IMG/VR virus record: IMGVR_UViG_3300050505_000421 | Location: 26,579 to 90,578 of that record | DNA: 64,000 nt | Source: a virus | Direction: 5' to 3' (one strand) | In this document: positions 25,435-34,753 of the stretch, piece after piece | Position numbering within the stretch: the stretch's first letter is position 1 | How the letters are laid out: every line of letters begins with the position of its first letter | Translations under genes and position numbers: made by a program | Notes under the pieces: model-generated | What the model was told of the DNA's origin: nothing | Database searches by the model: none | What the model saw: only the letters and a program-made list of their open reading frames with translations

Positions 25435-27192
25435 ATGCCAATCAAGAGCACTAAGGTTCGCATGGGGAATCGTACCGCCTTCGTCAAGGCGCACATCATT
25501 GCGCGGGCGGAGCCCTCGGCCCAGGTTCCGGACAAGCAGCACGAGGGGCTTCCTTGGCTGGAGCCGCCGTTCGATCCTTCGTCGCTCGCTAAGACGTACG
25601 AGAACTCCTCTCTGCTGCGGCCGAACATCAGCGCCTACACGACGAACATCCACTCGCTCGGGCATCGTTTCGAGCCTGTGATTGATCTGAACGCACCTGA
25701 CGCGGAGACGCTCGTCGCGGATGCGTTGTTCCTCGATCGCGTCACCGAGGCGGAGGATGCGGGGACCGACCCGAAGTTGGTGCAGGATCCAACACCGGAG
25801 GAAGTGAAGACGCGGCTCGAGGAACTGAAGCGCGCTGCGCGAGTCGAGCTCAGCAGGCTCAAGTTGTTCTTTGACTACTGTTGCCCTGGCACCACGTTCA
25901 CACGCTTCCGGCGAGAGCACAGCGAGACACAAGAGGTTCTCGGCAACTCGTATTGGGAGGTCATTCGGTCCAAGGACGGTAAGCCCGCGCGCTTCGTATT
26001 GGCGCCTGGCGTTTGGATGCGCGCAACTAAACAGGACGGCGAGTACACGCCCGTCGATGTAGAGATTGCTGTCTCGCCGTTCCGTACCAAGAAGGTGGAG
26101 CAACATCTTCTCTTCCGGCGATACATGCAGCTTGACGACATGACCGCGCAGCCTGTGGTGTGGTTCAAGGAGTTCGGGGATCCGCGTGTCATCTCGCGCA
26201 GCACGGGCGAAGTCTACACAGATGAAGTGGCGATGCGGGAGAAGGAGTCGAACGCCAAGCCCGCGACGGAGATCTTGCACTTCAAGATCCACTCCGTGCG
26301 TGACAGTGCGTACGGTATCCCGCGCTTCGCGGCGGCGATGCCTGCGGTTCTCGGCTCGCGCGAGAACGAAGAGGTCAACCTCGCCTACTTCGAGAACAAG
26401 AGCGTGCCTCCCCTTGCGTTGCTCGTGAATGGTGGGCGCTTGGGCAAGAGCGCGATGACCAAGCTCGAGGACTTCTTCGAAGAGAACCTCAAGGGCAAGA
26501 AGAACTTCCATCGCATCCTCATCTTGGAGGCGGAGCCGTCGAAGGGTCTCGGTAACGGGCCGTCCGCTGTCCCGAAGATTGCGTTCGAGCGCCTGCGTGA
26601 TCAACAGCAGCAGGACGCGCTATTTCAGGTCTACGATGAGCGGAACGAGACCAAGGTTGGGTCGCAGTATCGCATGCCCCGGATCCTGCGTGGCGATGAT
26701 CGCAACATCAATCGTTCGACAGTGTTCGGGTCTATCCGTCTTGCCGAGGATCAGGTTTTCGAGCCTGAGCGGAATGACTTCGACGCTGTCATCAACGTGA
26801 AGTTGCTCAGCGCGCTCGGTGTGCGCTTCTGGCGCTTCCGTTCGAACGCGCCGGTCACACGCGATCCGGAGATTCTTGGCGCGATCGTATCCGACATGGT
26901 GCGCTTCGGAATTCTCACGCCGGCGGAGGCGCGCGAACTGGCGAAGGACATCTTCTCGAAGGACTTTGCGACCATCGACGCGCAGTGGATGCACCAACCG
27001 TTGATGCTCACGCTGGCCTTGGTCAAGAACGGCATGGCACCCGAGGCTGTGTTGGGCGCTTCCAGCACGAAGGACGCGCTTGCGGCTCGTGCGCAGGAGC
27101 AGGCACCAGCGCCGACGGCCGGGAACGGCGCGAACGGTGCCGTCGTACCTGCGCCTGCCAACGCACCGAAAATTCAAGAAGGAGAGGCTTGA
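25435..27192 (+). CDS. portal protein (PBSX/XkdE-type)
   Basis: GNSYWEVIR, YGIPR..A...EEVNLAYFEN..VP..ALLVNGG, ILTPAEARE. Confidence 0.88.
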   Translation: MPIKSTKVRMGNRTAFVKAHIIARAEPSAQVPDKQHEGLPWLEPPFDPSSLAKTYENSSLLRPNISAYTTNIHSLGHRFEPVIDLNAPDAETLVADALFLDRVTEAEDAGTDPKLVQDPTPEEVKTRLEELKRAARVELSRLKLFFDYCCPGTTFTRFRREHSETQEVLGNSYWEVIRSKDGKPARFVLAPGVWMRATKQDGEYTPVDVEIAVSPFRTKKVEQHLLFRRYMQLDDMTAQPVVWFKEFGDPRVISRSTGEVYTDEVAMREKESNAKPATEILHFKIHSVRDSAYGIPRFAAAMPAVLGSRENEEVNLAYFENKSVPPLALLVNGGRLGKSAMTKLEDFFEENLKGKKNFHRILILEAEPSKGLGNGPSAVPKIAFERLRDQQQQDALFQVYDERNETKVGSQYRMPRILRGDDRNINRSTVFGSIRLAEDQVFEPERNDFDAVINVKLLSALGVRFWRFRSNAPVTRDPEILGAIVSDMVRFGILTPAEARELAKDIFSKDFATIDAQWMHQPLMLTLALVKNGMAPEAVLGASSTKDALAARAQEQAPAPTAGNGANGAVVPAPANAPKIQEGEA

Positions 27193-27569
27193 TGGCGGAC
27201 TTCGGCGCTTTCGCCCAACTGATCACGAATCCAGACGACCTGAAGCGCGTGGCGATTCACGCGGAGCGTGTGCTGTGGCAGTCGTTCTTGGTGGATCGGC
27301 AACGCGAGACAGGGAAGCCTTTTGCGTGGCCGCCGTCGGAAAGGGCCATCGACTACCGCTTTCAGATCTACGCGAAGTGGTTCCGCATCTTCTACGGCGA
27401 CCTCAAGTACGTCTTGCAGAAGACGCTGGACTTGCTGCCTTGGGTCCTGCGGCGAGAGATCGACGGTCTTCCGATCGAGTTGCCCAGCGACGGTGTGTGG
27501 CCCGCGCCGATGGAAGCGGAATTCTTGATGCCCGAGGAACGCCAGGCGGCCAGGATCGTGAAGAAATAG
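27192..27569 (+). CDS. hypothetical protein
   Basis: TGATG overlap, GGAGAGG RBS. Confidence 0.65.
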   Translation: MADFGAFAQLITNPDDLKRVAIHAERVLWQSFLVDRQRETGKPFAWPPSERAIDYRFQIYAKWFRIFYGDLKYVLQKTLDLLPWVLRREIDGLPIELPSDGVWPAPMEAEFLMPEERQAARIVKK

Positions 27570-27574
27570 CCACT

Positions 27575-29152
27575 ATGGCCAATATCAAGGACGTCCTTGA
27601 TCGAGCCCGCTCTGTCCTGAAGGGAATCGGAGTCCCGGAGATCCGTCTGCCTGCGCCTCTCGTCGAGCTCGTGCAGATCGGCAGCGTCACGCACATCATT
27701 CTAGGCGCGCCCCTCGAGGCCGGTGAGTATCGCCTCGTCGACGGCCAAAAAGATCTGCGTGTTGAATTGGAGAAGGGGGAGGAGTGTAGCGCGTCTGGGT
27801 CTGACGCGCGCTACCCGCAACACTACGTCTCGACGGAGCTTCGCAAGAAGTTGTTCCCGCGTGCCGCGAAGGTGTACCTACACAAGGTCGCCGCGATGGA
27901 AGCACCATCTAATGATGGTGGTACCACGCCGGTGCTAAAACCTGTTGGCCCGTGGGGTTCCTTCAACGAATGCGTCCTCGCCATGCAGGGACGAGGATAC
28001 AGCGAGCAGGTTGCGCGACGCATCTGCGGCTCGATGGAAGCGCAGGCCAAGAAGCAGGAAGAGGTCGAGAAGAAGGATCGTGGCGAAGACCCGGGTGTGA
28101 TGGTCGGCTTGTTCCTGCCGGGTGAGGTTGCGAAAGCCCTCGCTGTCGAGGACGGGGAGGCACCAGACGAACTCCACGTCACGATGGCGTACCTCGGGCG
28201 TCAGTCCGAAATTCCAAACCTCGCTGGCATCGACGCAGTCTTGGAGAAGGTGGCGGCGGAAAGCGCTCCCTTGACGGGGGAGCTTTCGGGCAGCGGTCGG
28301 TTCGAGGCCTCTGAGTCGTCCGATGGTAAGGACGTTCTCTTCAAGACGGTCGACGTGCCCGGCCTCGCCGAACTGCGCGTGCGTGTGGTCGAGGCGTTGA
28401 AGAGCGCGGGATACCCTGTCAATGAGAAGCACGGGTTCACGCCTCACGTGACCCTGCGCTACTTGGATCCCACCGAGAGCAACACGCACGCACCGGGCAA
28501 GCACCCCGTCGGCTTCGACGAAATCACCCTTGCCATCGGTACCACGCGGCGCAAGTACAAGCTGCGGGGAATGAAACCTCTTGTACTACCTACTTCCCTT
28601 GTGCTTGACCGAGCGGACAAGCGCACTGTTGAGAAGGTACTCAAGGGCTTCGCGATCAAGTTGCACAAGCTCGAGGCTCCTGCCGAGGAGCGGTATGTAC
28701 TTGGTGTTGTGCTCGAACCGGACGTAATCGATGCAACGCGAGTGCGGGAGCACGTAGTAGATGGAGAGGTTGTTCCCGCCAGCATCGGAGATACGTACAG
28801 TGAAGAGGAAGTGCGCAAGGCGTGTCACTTCTGGATGGAGAACTACGCGCAGATCGGATTGCAACACACGCGCGTGATCGGTGGTGTGCCGCAGCGTTAC
28901 TCGCTCGCGCCATCGCAGGTACGAATCCTCGAGTGTTTCCTCGCACCGATCGACTTCGAGCTCAATGGCGAGATGGTCAAGAAGGGAACGTGGCTTCTTG
29001 CTGTGCGTGTGATCGATGATGCGTTGTGGGAAGCTGTCAAGCGCGGTGAGTTGACAGGTTTCTCTATCGGCGCTGAATCCTTCTGGGAGTTGCTTTCGGC
29101 TGCGGAATCTGCCAATCTTCCTGTTGCGGGTGCTCAAACAAGTGCAAACTGA
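27575..29152 (+). CDS. XkdF-type prohead protease fused to 2H phosphoesterase domain
   Basis: LHVT (28175) and PHVT (28445) 2H motifs; C-terminal VLGVVLEPD..GD.YS.EEV...KKGTWL...KRGELTGFSIG. Confidence 0.8.
   Translation: MANIKDVLDRARSVLKGIGVPEIRLPAPLVELVQIGSVTHIILGAPLEAGEYRLVDGQKDLRVELEKGEECSASGSDARYPQHYVSTELRKKLFPRAAKVYLHKVAAMEAPSNDGGTTPVLKPVGPWGSFNECVLAMQGRGYSEQVARRICGSMEAQAKKQEEVEKKDRGEDPGVMVGLFLPGEVAKALAVEDGEAPDELHVTMAYLGRQSEIPNLAGIDAVLEKVAAESAPLTGELSGSGRFEASESSDGKDVLFKTVDVPGLAELRVRVVEALKSAGYPVNEKHGFTPHVTLRYLDPTESNTHAPGKHPVGFDEITLAIGTTRRKYKLRGMKPLVLPTSLVLDRADKRTVEKVLKGFAIKLHKLEAPAEERYVLGVVLEPDVIDATRVREHVVDGEVVPASIGDTYSEEEVRKACHFWMENYAQIGLQHTRVIGGVPQRYSLAPSQVRILECFLAPIDFELNGEMVKKGTWLLAVRVIDDALWEAVKRGELTGFSIGAESFWELLSAAESANLPVAGAQTSAN
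28590..28607 (+). repeat. degenerate element A inside CDS
   Basis: CTACTTCCCTTGTGCTTG (1 mismatch plus 1-nt insertion) in the linker between 2H and protease domains. Confidence 0.6.
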
Positions 29153-29167
29153 TCCAGGTTATTGACA

Positions 29168-30871
29168 ATGAGCACAAAACAAGGCAATGTTCGGCGGTTG
29201 AAGGGAATCGAGCCGGAGGAAGTTTCGATGGTCGATCGCCCGGCGAACAAAAGGAAGTTCCTGGTCTTCAAGCGGGCCGATGGAACAGAACAGCGGGTGG
29301 AACTGATGAGCACGGATACGAAGCTCACGCTCAACAAGGAAACCAAGCAGTCGGTCCTCGCTGCACTCGCGTCGCCGCTCGATCTCCTGACCACGCTCGT
29401 CGCCAAGGTCGAGACCGCGCTCGAGACGGACGAGCTTCTTGCTCTTCCGGAGTCGCTCGTCACGGACGCGCTTGGCATCGGGCAGGCTGTCGTGGCCACG
29501 GTCGCGCCGAGTCTGCAGCACGAGGTCGAGGCGGCGCAGCAAGCGATCGAACTGGCGAAGTCCGCTGGCACGGGCGCGACGATCATGAAGAACGTGATCG
29601 AGGCTGCGAACGCCGCCGCTGCAAAGCTTGAGGAGCCGACTGGCAAGCTGAATGCCGAGACGCTTGCGGTGGTCAAGCGGATTCACGCGGGTCTCTCGGT
29701 CCTCAAGGCGCGCTTCCCCGTCTCGCTTACGAAGAGCGAGGACGACCTTCCGGCGCCGGCGCTTGCGCTGCCGTCGGATCTCGGTAAGGCGAGTGGCGTT
29801 GCGGCGCGGGTGCTCCGTGAGGTCGCGGACACAGGCGCGGCTGTGCTGAAGGCGATGGAAGCGCTCGAGTCGGGCACGCTCTTGAAGGCGGGTCCGGTTC
29901 GTGCGATCGTTCGCATGTCGGACAGCGCGCAGGCGCTCGAAGAGAAGTTCCCGGCCGAAGCCGCCGCCGACGTTGCGGTGTCCGTGTCGAAGGCGCGCCT
30001 AGTCGAGCTCGCGAAGGGCATGGCCTCGCCGGCTGACGTTGCGATGGCGCTCGCTGGTGTGATCAAGGAACTGCCCGGCACGCCGCAGGACATCATGGAT
30101 GCCGTCGGCGCGCTCTGCGAGATGATCGCGCCGTACTGCAACGGCGGTGCGGCTGCGGGTGGCAGCGCGGATCAGGTCGCGATGTCCGAGAAGGCCGATG
30201 TAGCGAAGGCCGAGTGGGACACCGCGTACATCAACGACCTCCCGGACTCGGCCTTCCTCTACATCGAGGCGGGTGGTTCGAAGGACGCGGACGGCAAGAC
30301 GGAGCCGCGCAGTCTGCGGCACTTCCCGGTTCGTGACGCCAGCGGTGCCGTTGACGAGGCGCATGCGCGTGATGCGATCGGCCGCATTCCGCAGAGCGAC
30401 GCGCCGGGTCTCGATGATGCGAAGAAGGCGTCTCTGCAGGACGAGGCACGCAAGCTCATGGAGAGTGTGAAGAAGACCGAGGTCGTCGAGACGACCAAGA
30501 CGGAACCCGCGCCTGCGGCGTCCGAGACTGCGACACCGCCCGCTGCCGTGTCGACGGAGATCACAGTGACACCGACCCCGAATCCGGAGCTCGAGAAGGC
30601 GATCGCGGAACTGAACAAGGCCACCGAGATCATCAAGAAGCTCGAGGGTGAGCAGAAGACGGTCATCACGAAGCACGAGGGCGAGGTCGCTACACTGAAG
30701 GCGGACATCGCGAAGCTGCAGAAGTCGACCGAGGCCCCGGCCTCGCGGCCGACAGAGGGCAGCCCGGCGCGTGTGAACAAGACGGGCAACGGGGTTCCGA
30801 TCTACCCGAACGATTACAACGATCCGGAGTACAAGGCTGCGGTGGCGAAGGCCGGCGGCCTTGTGTACTAG
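29168..30871 (+). CDS. capsid scaffold protein with inserted domain
   Basis: EVSMVDRPANKRKF N-terminus typical of XkdF-linked scaffolds; coiled-coil C-terminus; upstream of capsid. Confidence 0.7.
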   Translation: MSTKQGNVRRLKGIEPEEVSMVDRPANKRKFLVFKRADGTEQRVELMSTDTKLTLNKETKQSVLAALASPLDLLTTLVAKVETALETDELLALPESLVTDALGIGQAVVATVAPSLQHEVEAAQQAIELAKSAGTGATIMKNVIEAANAAAAKLEEPTGKLNAETLAVVKRIHAGLSVLKARFPVSLTKSEDDLPAPALALPSDLGKASGVAARVLREVADTGAAVLKAMEALESGTLLKAGPVRAIVRMSDSAQALEEKFPAEAAADVAVSVSKARLVELAKGMASPADVAMALAGVIKELPGTPQDIMDAVGALCEMIAPYCNGGAAAGGSADQVAMSEKADVAKAEWDTAYINDLPDSAFLYIEAGGSKDADGKTEPRSLRHFPVRDASGAVDEAHARDAIGRIPQSDAPGLDDAKKASLQDEARKLMESVKKTEVVETTKTEPAPAASETATPPAAVSTEITVTPTPNPELEKAIAELNKATEIIKKLEGEQKTVITKHEGEVATLKADIAKLQKSTEAPASRPTEGSPARVNKTGNGVPIYPNDYNDPEYKAAVAKAGGLVY

Positions 30872-30922
30872 AGGCGGCGCAAGCTAGGTCACTGAACGAA
30901 AGATAACGAGGAGACAGACATC

Positions 30923-31867
30923 ATGGCGGTTACCGAAGGCAAGACGCTCCTGCAGAAGGCTGACCTGGCACTCGCCGACATCCTGACGGGAGGCCGGCTT
31001 GCGCCGGAGCAGTTCGATCGTTACGTCCAGCTGAACATCAAGGAGGGCACCCTCCTGAAGGACGTCACGGTCGTGGGCATGGACAACGACCGGCAAGAGA
31101 TCTCGAAGATGCGCTTCTCGGGTCAGGTGTTGCAGCCTGGCACCGAGGCGTCGGCGCTTCCGGTGGGTCTCCGGTCGAAGCCCTCGCTGGCGAACGTCAC
31201 CCTCACGGCGCAGCTGCTCCGTGCCGAGGTGCGTATGAGTCAGGAGGTCGCGGAGGACCAGATCGAGCGCGGCACGTTCGCGCAGTCGGTCATGGGTGCC
31301 TTCGTGAAGGCCATCAACCGCGACCTTGAGAAGCTCCTCATTCAGGGTGACACCCTGTCTGCGGATGTGCTCCTGGCTGTGCTGGACGGTCTGATCAAGC
31401 AGGCCACGAGCAACGTCGTGGCCGGCGGCAGCGTCACGCTCAGCAAGGAGATCCTCCGGGACATGTGGAAGCTGATGCCCGACGAGTTCGCGACTCCGGG
31501 CAACGTCTTCTACACGAACCGGCAGGCGGTCGTGGCCTACAAGGACTCGATCTCGAACAAGGCGACAGGCCTTGGCGACATGCAGACCGTTGCGGGTTGG
31601 CCCGCCGGCGAGTTCATGTGGTCGGATCTGAAGGGCAAGGCGAATCCGCTCTTCCCGAACAACCTCGGTGGTTCGACGAACGAGACGGTCGTGCTCCTGA
31701 CGGACCCGAAGGAGAACATCCACGTCGGGTTCCACCGCAAGGTGAAGCTGCAGACCGTGGAGGTCCCGCAGGAAGGCGTGCTGCTCATCGTCGGCTCGAT
31801 GCGCGTCGATGTGAAGTACGTCGAAGAGACGGCCGTGGTGAAGGCGACCGCGATCAAGGGCGTGTAG
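30923..31867 (+). CDS. major capsid protein (HK97 fold, XkdG/P2-like)
   Basis: GGRLAPEQFDRY, size 314 aa, strong codon bias, GAGGAG RBS. Confidence 0.85.
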   Translation: MAVTEGKTLLQKADLALADILTGGRLAPEQFDRYVQLNIKEGTLLKDVTVVGMDNDRQEISKMRFSGQVLQPGTEASALPVGLRSKPSLANVTLTAQLLRAEVRMSQEVAEDQIERGTFAQSVMGAFVKAINRDLEKLLIQGDTLSADVLLAVLDGLIKQATSNVVAGGSVTLSKEILRDMWKLMPDEFATPGNVFYTNRQAVVAYKDSISNKATGLGDMQTVAGWPAGEFMWSDLKGKANPLFPNNLGGSTNETVVLLTDPKENIHVGFHRKVKLQTVEVPQEGVLLIVGSMRVDVKYVEETAVVKATAIKGV

Positions 31868-31936
31868 TAGGCGGCGTCAGCCGGAAACAACTGGTTCGGT
31901 TTGGGCGGCGACGCCCCATAAGGAAGGCAGAAGACC

Positions 31937-32272
31937 ATGGCAGCCAACGCATTCGTTCTCGTTTCGAACACGATCGCCGGCGACCAGACCTCGGCGCCCG
32001 CTTTCGTGCGTATGGTGAAGCTGACGGCGCCCGATGCGTACTCCGCGGGCGGCACGCCGTTCGACTGGACAACGTACCTCCCGAAGGGCGCGGCCCTCAT
32101 GGGTATTCACGTGCGTGACGTGACTCGTGCGACGGGCGTGCCTTCGACGCACGTCTGGGAGTACGACATCACGAACAAGAAGCTCATCGCGTACGTGCGG
32201 ACGACGGGCGTCGAGAACGCGACGGCGGACATCTCGGCGGAGGACGTCTACGTCACGCTCTTCGGCGTGTAG
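31937..32272 (+). CDS. virion structural/head decoration protein
   Basis: YSAGGTPF motif, position after capsid. Confidence 0.6.
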   Translation: MAANAFVLVSNTIAGDQTSAPAFVRMVKLTAPDAYSAGGTPFDWTTYLPKGAALMGIHVRDVTRATGVPSTHVWEYDITNKKLIAYVRTTGVENATADISAEDVYVTLFGV

Positions 32273-32300
32273 TTCGAGCCGTTGATCAAGGAGACCCGAA

Positions 32301-32705
32301 ATGGCATCTGCAATCACTACAACGTTCGGCTCCGGTGGCGCGAACCTGACCCCTTCGGCTGCGGGCACACCCACCCTAGCCGGCGCTCTTCGTGACATCG
32401 CCGACGACATCGCCGACGTCAACGCAGGACCTGTCCCTGCTTGGGTGGCGGGTGTCACTGTCACGACGAACGTGGCGGTGCGTGTGGCCGCGAGTTGGAT
32501 CATCTCGGTGCACGTGACAGCGGGCGGCGTGACCGGCATCATCAACATCATCTCGACGGGTACGCCTGCGACGAAGCAGTGCACGGTGACCTACGCGGCT
32601 GGGGTGGCGACACTCACCTTCGCGGCCGGCGACGCGGTCACGGCGATCTCGATCCTCGAGATTCCGAAGGTGGCAGGCCTGTCGGCGCGTCTCACCAAGG
32701 CCTAG
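32301..32705 (+). CDS. virion structural protein
   Basis: Ala/Thr/Gly/Val-rich; head module. Confidence 0.6.
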   Translation: MASAITTTFGSGGANLTPSAAGTPTLAGALRDIADDIADVNAGPVPAWVAGVTVTTNVAVRVAASWIISVHVTAGGVTGIINIISTGTPATKQCTVTYAAGVATLTFAAGDAVTAISILEIPKVAGLSARLTKA

Positions 32706-32751
32706 CATTCTGCTGGAGTCGTAGTAGACTCCAAGTTCAACAAGGAGGACC

Positions 32752-33285
32752 ATGTCCGATTTCCTGTGGGCTCGTCTCAAGCCGAAGAACATCAAGGCCG
32801 GTCATCTGATCGAGCGGCTCTACTTCAAGGACGTCCTCTACCGCGGTGGCGATCGCCCCGACTGGTACAAGGTACGCCCAGAGCTCGCCGCCGACCTTCG
32901 GAAGGTCAAGCAGGAGGACACCAATCCTCGCTCGGAACCTGCCTTCGACCTCGTTTCCGATGACGAGCGGAAGCGCATCGACCACGTGGAGAACTCGCGG
33001 CGTATGGCCATGCTCGGCCTAGTCGCGGCGCATCACCAAGAGTCGGTGAGTACACCTCTTCGGGAGGTGGATCTCACAGAGTCGAGTGCCACACCGGTCG
33101 CTCCGATTGCGCATGCGGCCCCCGCGGCGCCTGCGAAGGCGCCCGAAGCCTTCTCTGCGGAGACTGCGCCCCCGATCGACAGCGAGGCCGGTGAGGGTCG
33201 CGCTTCGGCCATCCCGCCCGCGCAGGGCGCGCTGACGACAGACGACATCCCGAGGGGTGGGCGACGCGGGCGCTCGTCGCGGTAG
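32752..33285 (+). CDS. hypothetical head-module protein
   Basis: AAGGAGG RBS. Confidence 0.7.
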   Translation: MSDFLWARLKPKNIKAGHLIERLYFKDVLYRGGDRPDWYKVRPELAADLRKVKQEDTNPRSEPAFDLVSDDERKRIDHVENSRRMAMLGLVAAHHQESVSTPLREVDLTESSATPVAPIAHAAPAAPAKAPEAFSAETAPPIDSEAGEGRASAIPPAQGALTTDDIPRGGRRGRSSR

Positions 33286-33289
33286 CGCC

Positions 33290-33613
33290 GTGGCCCTGCC
33301 GCTTCCGACCGGCACCGCGCGTCCTGCGAACGGTGCACAGCTAGACCGCGCCGGAAACTACAAGCAAGAAGGGCAGCACGTTACAGTCGCGGACTATGAC
33401 TTCGCGGCCTTTCTGTTGATGAAGGGCGTCCCTCTCGTCGAAGCAACGAAGCTGTCCGAACACACGCACAGCTTTGTCTTCCTCGATCAAACAATGGAGG
33501 GCAAGAGCACTGTTGCAACGTTGGCGATCACATTCGCGAACTCAGAATCCGCTCGCTTTGCGGAAGCCATTCGCCGCCTGAAGAAAACGATCTACTCGCG
33601 ACGCCCCCGATAA
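33290..33613 (+). CDS. DUF5659-like protein
   Basis: DYDFAAFLLMKGVPL...FVF; start uncertain. Confidence 0.5.
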   Translation: MALPLPTGTARPANGAQLDRAGNYKQEGQHVTVADYDFAAFLLMKGVPLVEATKLSEHTHSFVFLDQTMEGKSTVATLAITFANSESARFAEAIRRLKKTIYSRRPR

Positions 33614-33627
33614 GGTAGGCTGGAGCC

Positions 33628-34686
33628 ATGCCAGGTCTTGTCGTCGGAGAGGTCAACGGCTGCGCGAATCCCCGTGTGTTCTTCGTGCACCGCACGACCG
33701 GTGTACTCAGCGACCCGTTCGAACTGAAGTACTCCGTCATCAACCTGACAGGTGCCACGCCTTCGACAACGATCGCGGAGACCACGGTCAACTTGGCAGC
33801 CTGTCCGGTTGGTTCCAAGGTTGGGCTCGGCCGCTTCGCGCCGCCGATCGACACGACAAGCTACACGGTTGGTACCTACGAAGTGCGTTGGAAGTACAAG
33901 AGCGTCTCGACGAGTGACTATCACACGGCGCGGCAGCGCTTCGAGGTGCTCGACGCGACCAAGTTCCTCGAGGGCGATGAGTACGTCGGCTACGTCACCA
34001 CGAAGCAGCTACAGAACTGGGGCTTTGCACAGACGGTGGCCGAGCTCCAAGATCTCATCAACATTGCGTCGCGGCGCGTGGAACGCCTCACAGGGCGCTT
34101 CTTCGAGCCCCGTTTCCTCGACATGATCGTGTCCTCGCGCGGCAACCGCATGCAGACGTTCGACCAGCCGATCATCGCGATCGAGTCCGCGGACATTCAA
34201 GCCACAAGCCTTGCGGGTACGATCGAGGTCATCCCAATCGACCCGTCGGTGATCCAGGTGTTCAACCGTCACCTAGGCGGGCTCTTGTCCCCAGATGACC
34301 GCGACGACCCGAAGATCCAGTTCGTAGATGCGTGGGCTACTGCAGACACCGCAACACTGCCCCCGGTGCTCACGTTTCCCCGCGGCGTTCTGAACATCCA
34401 CGTACCGGGCGTCTACGGATACACAGACCCAGATGGCTCCCCGATGGGCGAGACCCCAGTAGAGCTCTCGCGCGCTGTCGCTATGCTCGTCGCGCAGGCT
34501 GCTATTTCACCTGTCTCCAGCGGGAGCGGCAGCGGTGGTGGTCTCATCAAGTCGGCGCGTACGCGAGATCAGGCAGTCACCTATTTCGGACCGACAGAGG
34601 GCGGCGGTTCCAACCTCACAGGGAACCGTGAAATCGACGACATTCTGATCTCCTACGCACGGCCCGCCCAACTGGGGGCAGTTTAG
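33628..34686 (+). CDS. head-tail connector/head completion protein
   Basis: INIASRRVERLTGRFF, IKSARTRDQAVTY, ILISY. Confidence 0.7.
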   Translation: MPGLVVGEVNGCANPRVFFVHRTTGVLSDPFELKYSVINLTGATPSTTIAETTVNLAACPVGSKVGLGRFAPPIDTTSYTVGTYEVRWKYKSVSTSDYHTARQRFEVLDATKFLEGDEYVGYVTTKQLQNWGFAQTVAELQDLINIASRRVERLTGRFFEPRFLDMIVSSRGNRMQTFDQPIIAIESADIQATSLAGTIEVIPIDPSVIQVFNRHLGGLLSPDDRDDPKIQFVDAWATADTATLPPVLTFPRGVLNIHVPGVYGYTDPDGSPMGETPVELSRAVAMLVAQAAISPVSSGSGSGGGLIKSARTRDQAVTYFGPTEGGGSNLTGNREIDDILISYARPAQLGAV

Positions 34687-34690
34687 GCAC

Positions 34691-34738
34691 CTTTCTCCTT
34701 GTGTTTGGTTGCAGGAATGTCCAAGCACAGGGAAGAAG
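34691..34738. repeat. element A (34691-34707) then B (34722-34738), inverted pair
   Basis: 4 nt after stop 34686; 18-position stem with 3 G:U and 1 mismatch. Confidence 0.92.
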
Positions 34739-34747
34739 TGATAGAAT
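34739..34747 (+). promoter_or_regulatory. putative extended -10 promoter, leaderless
   Basis: TGa-TAGAAT, GTG 34754 follows after 6 nt. Confidence 0.4.
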
Positions 34748-34753
34748 CCGCAG

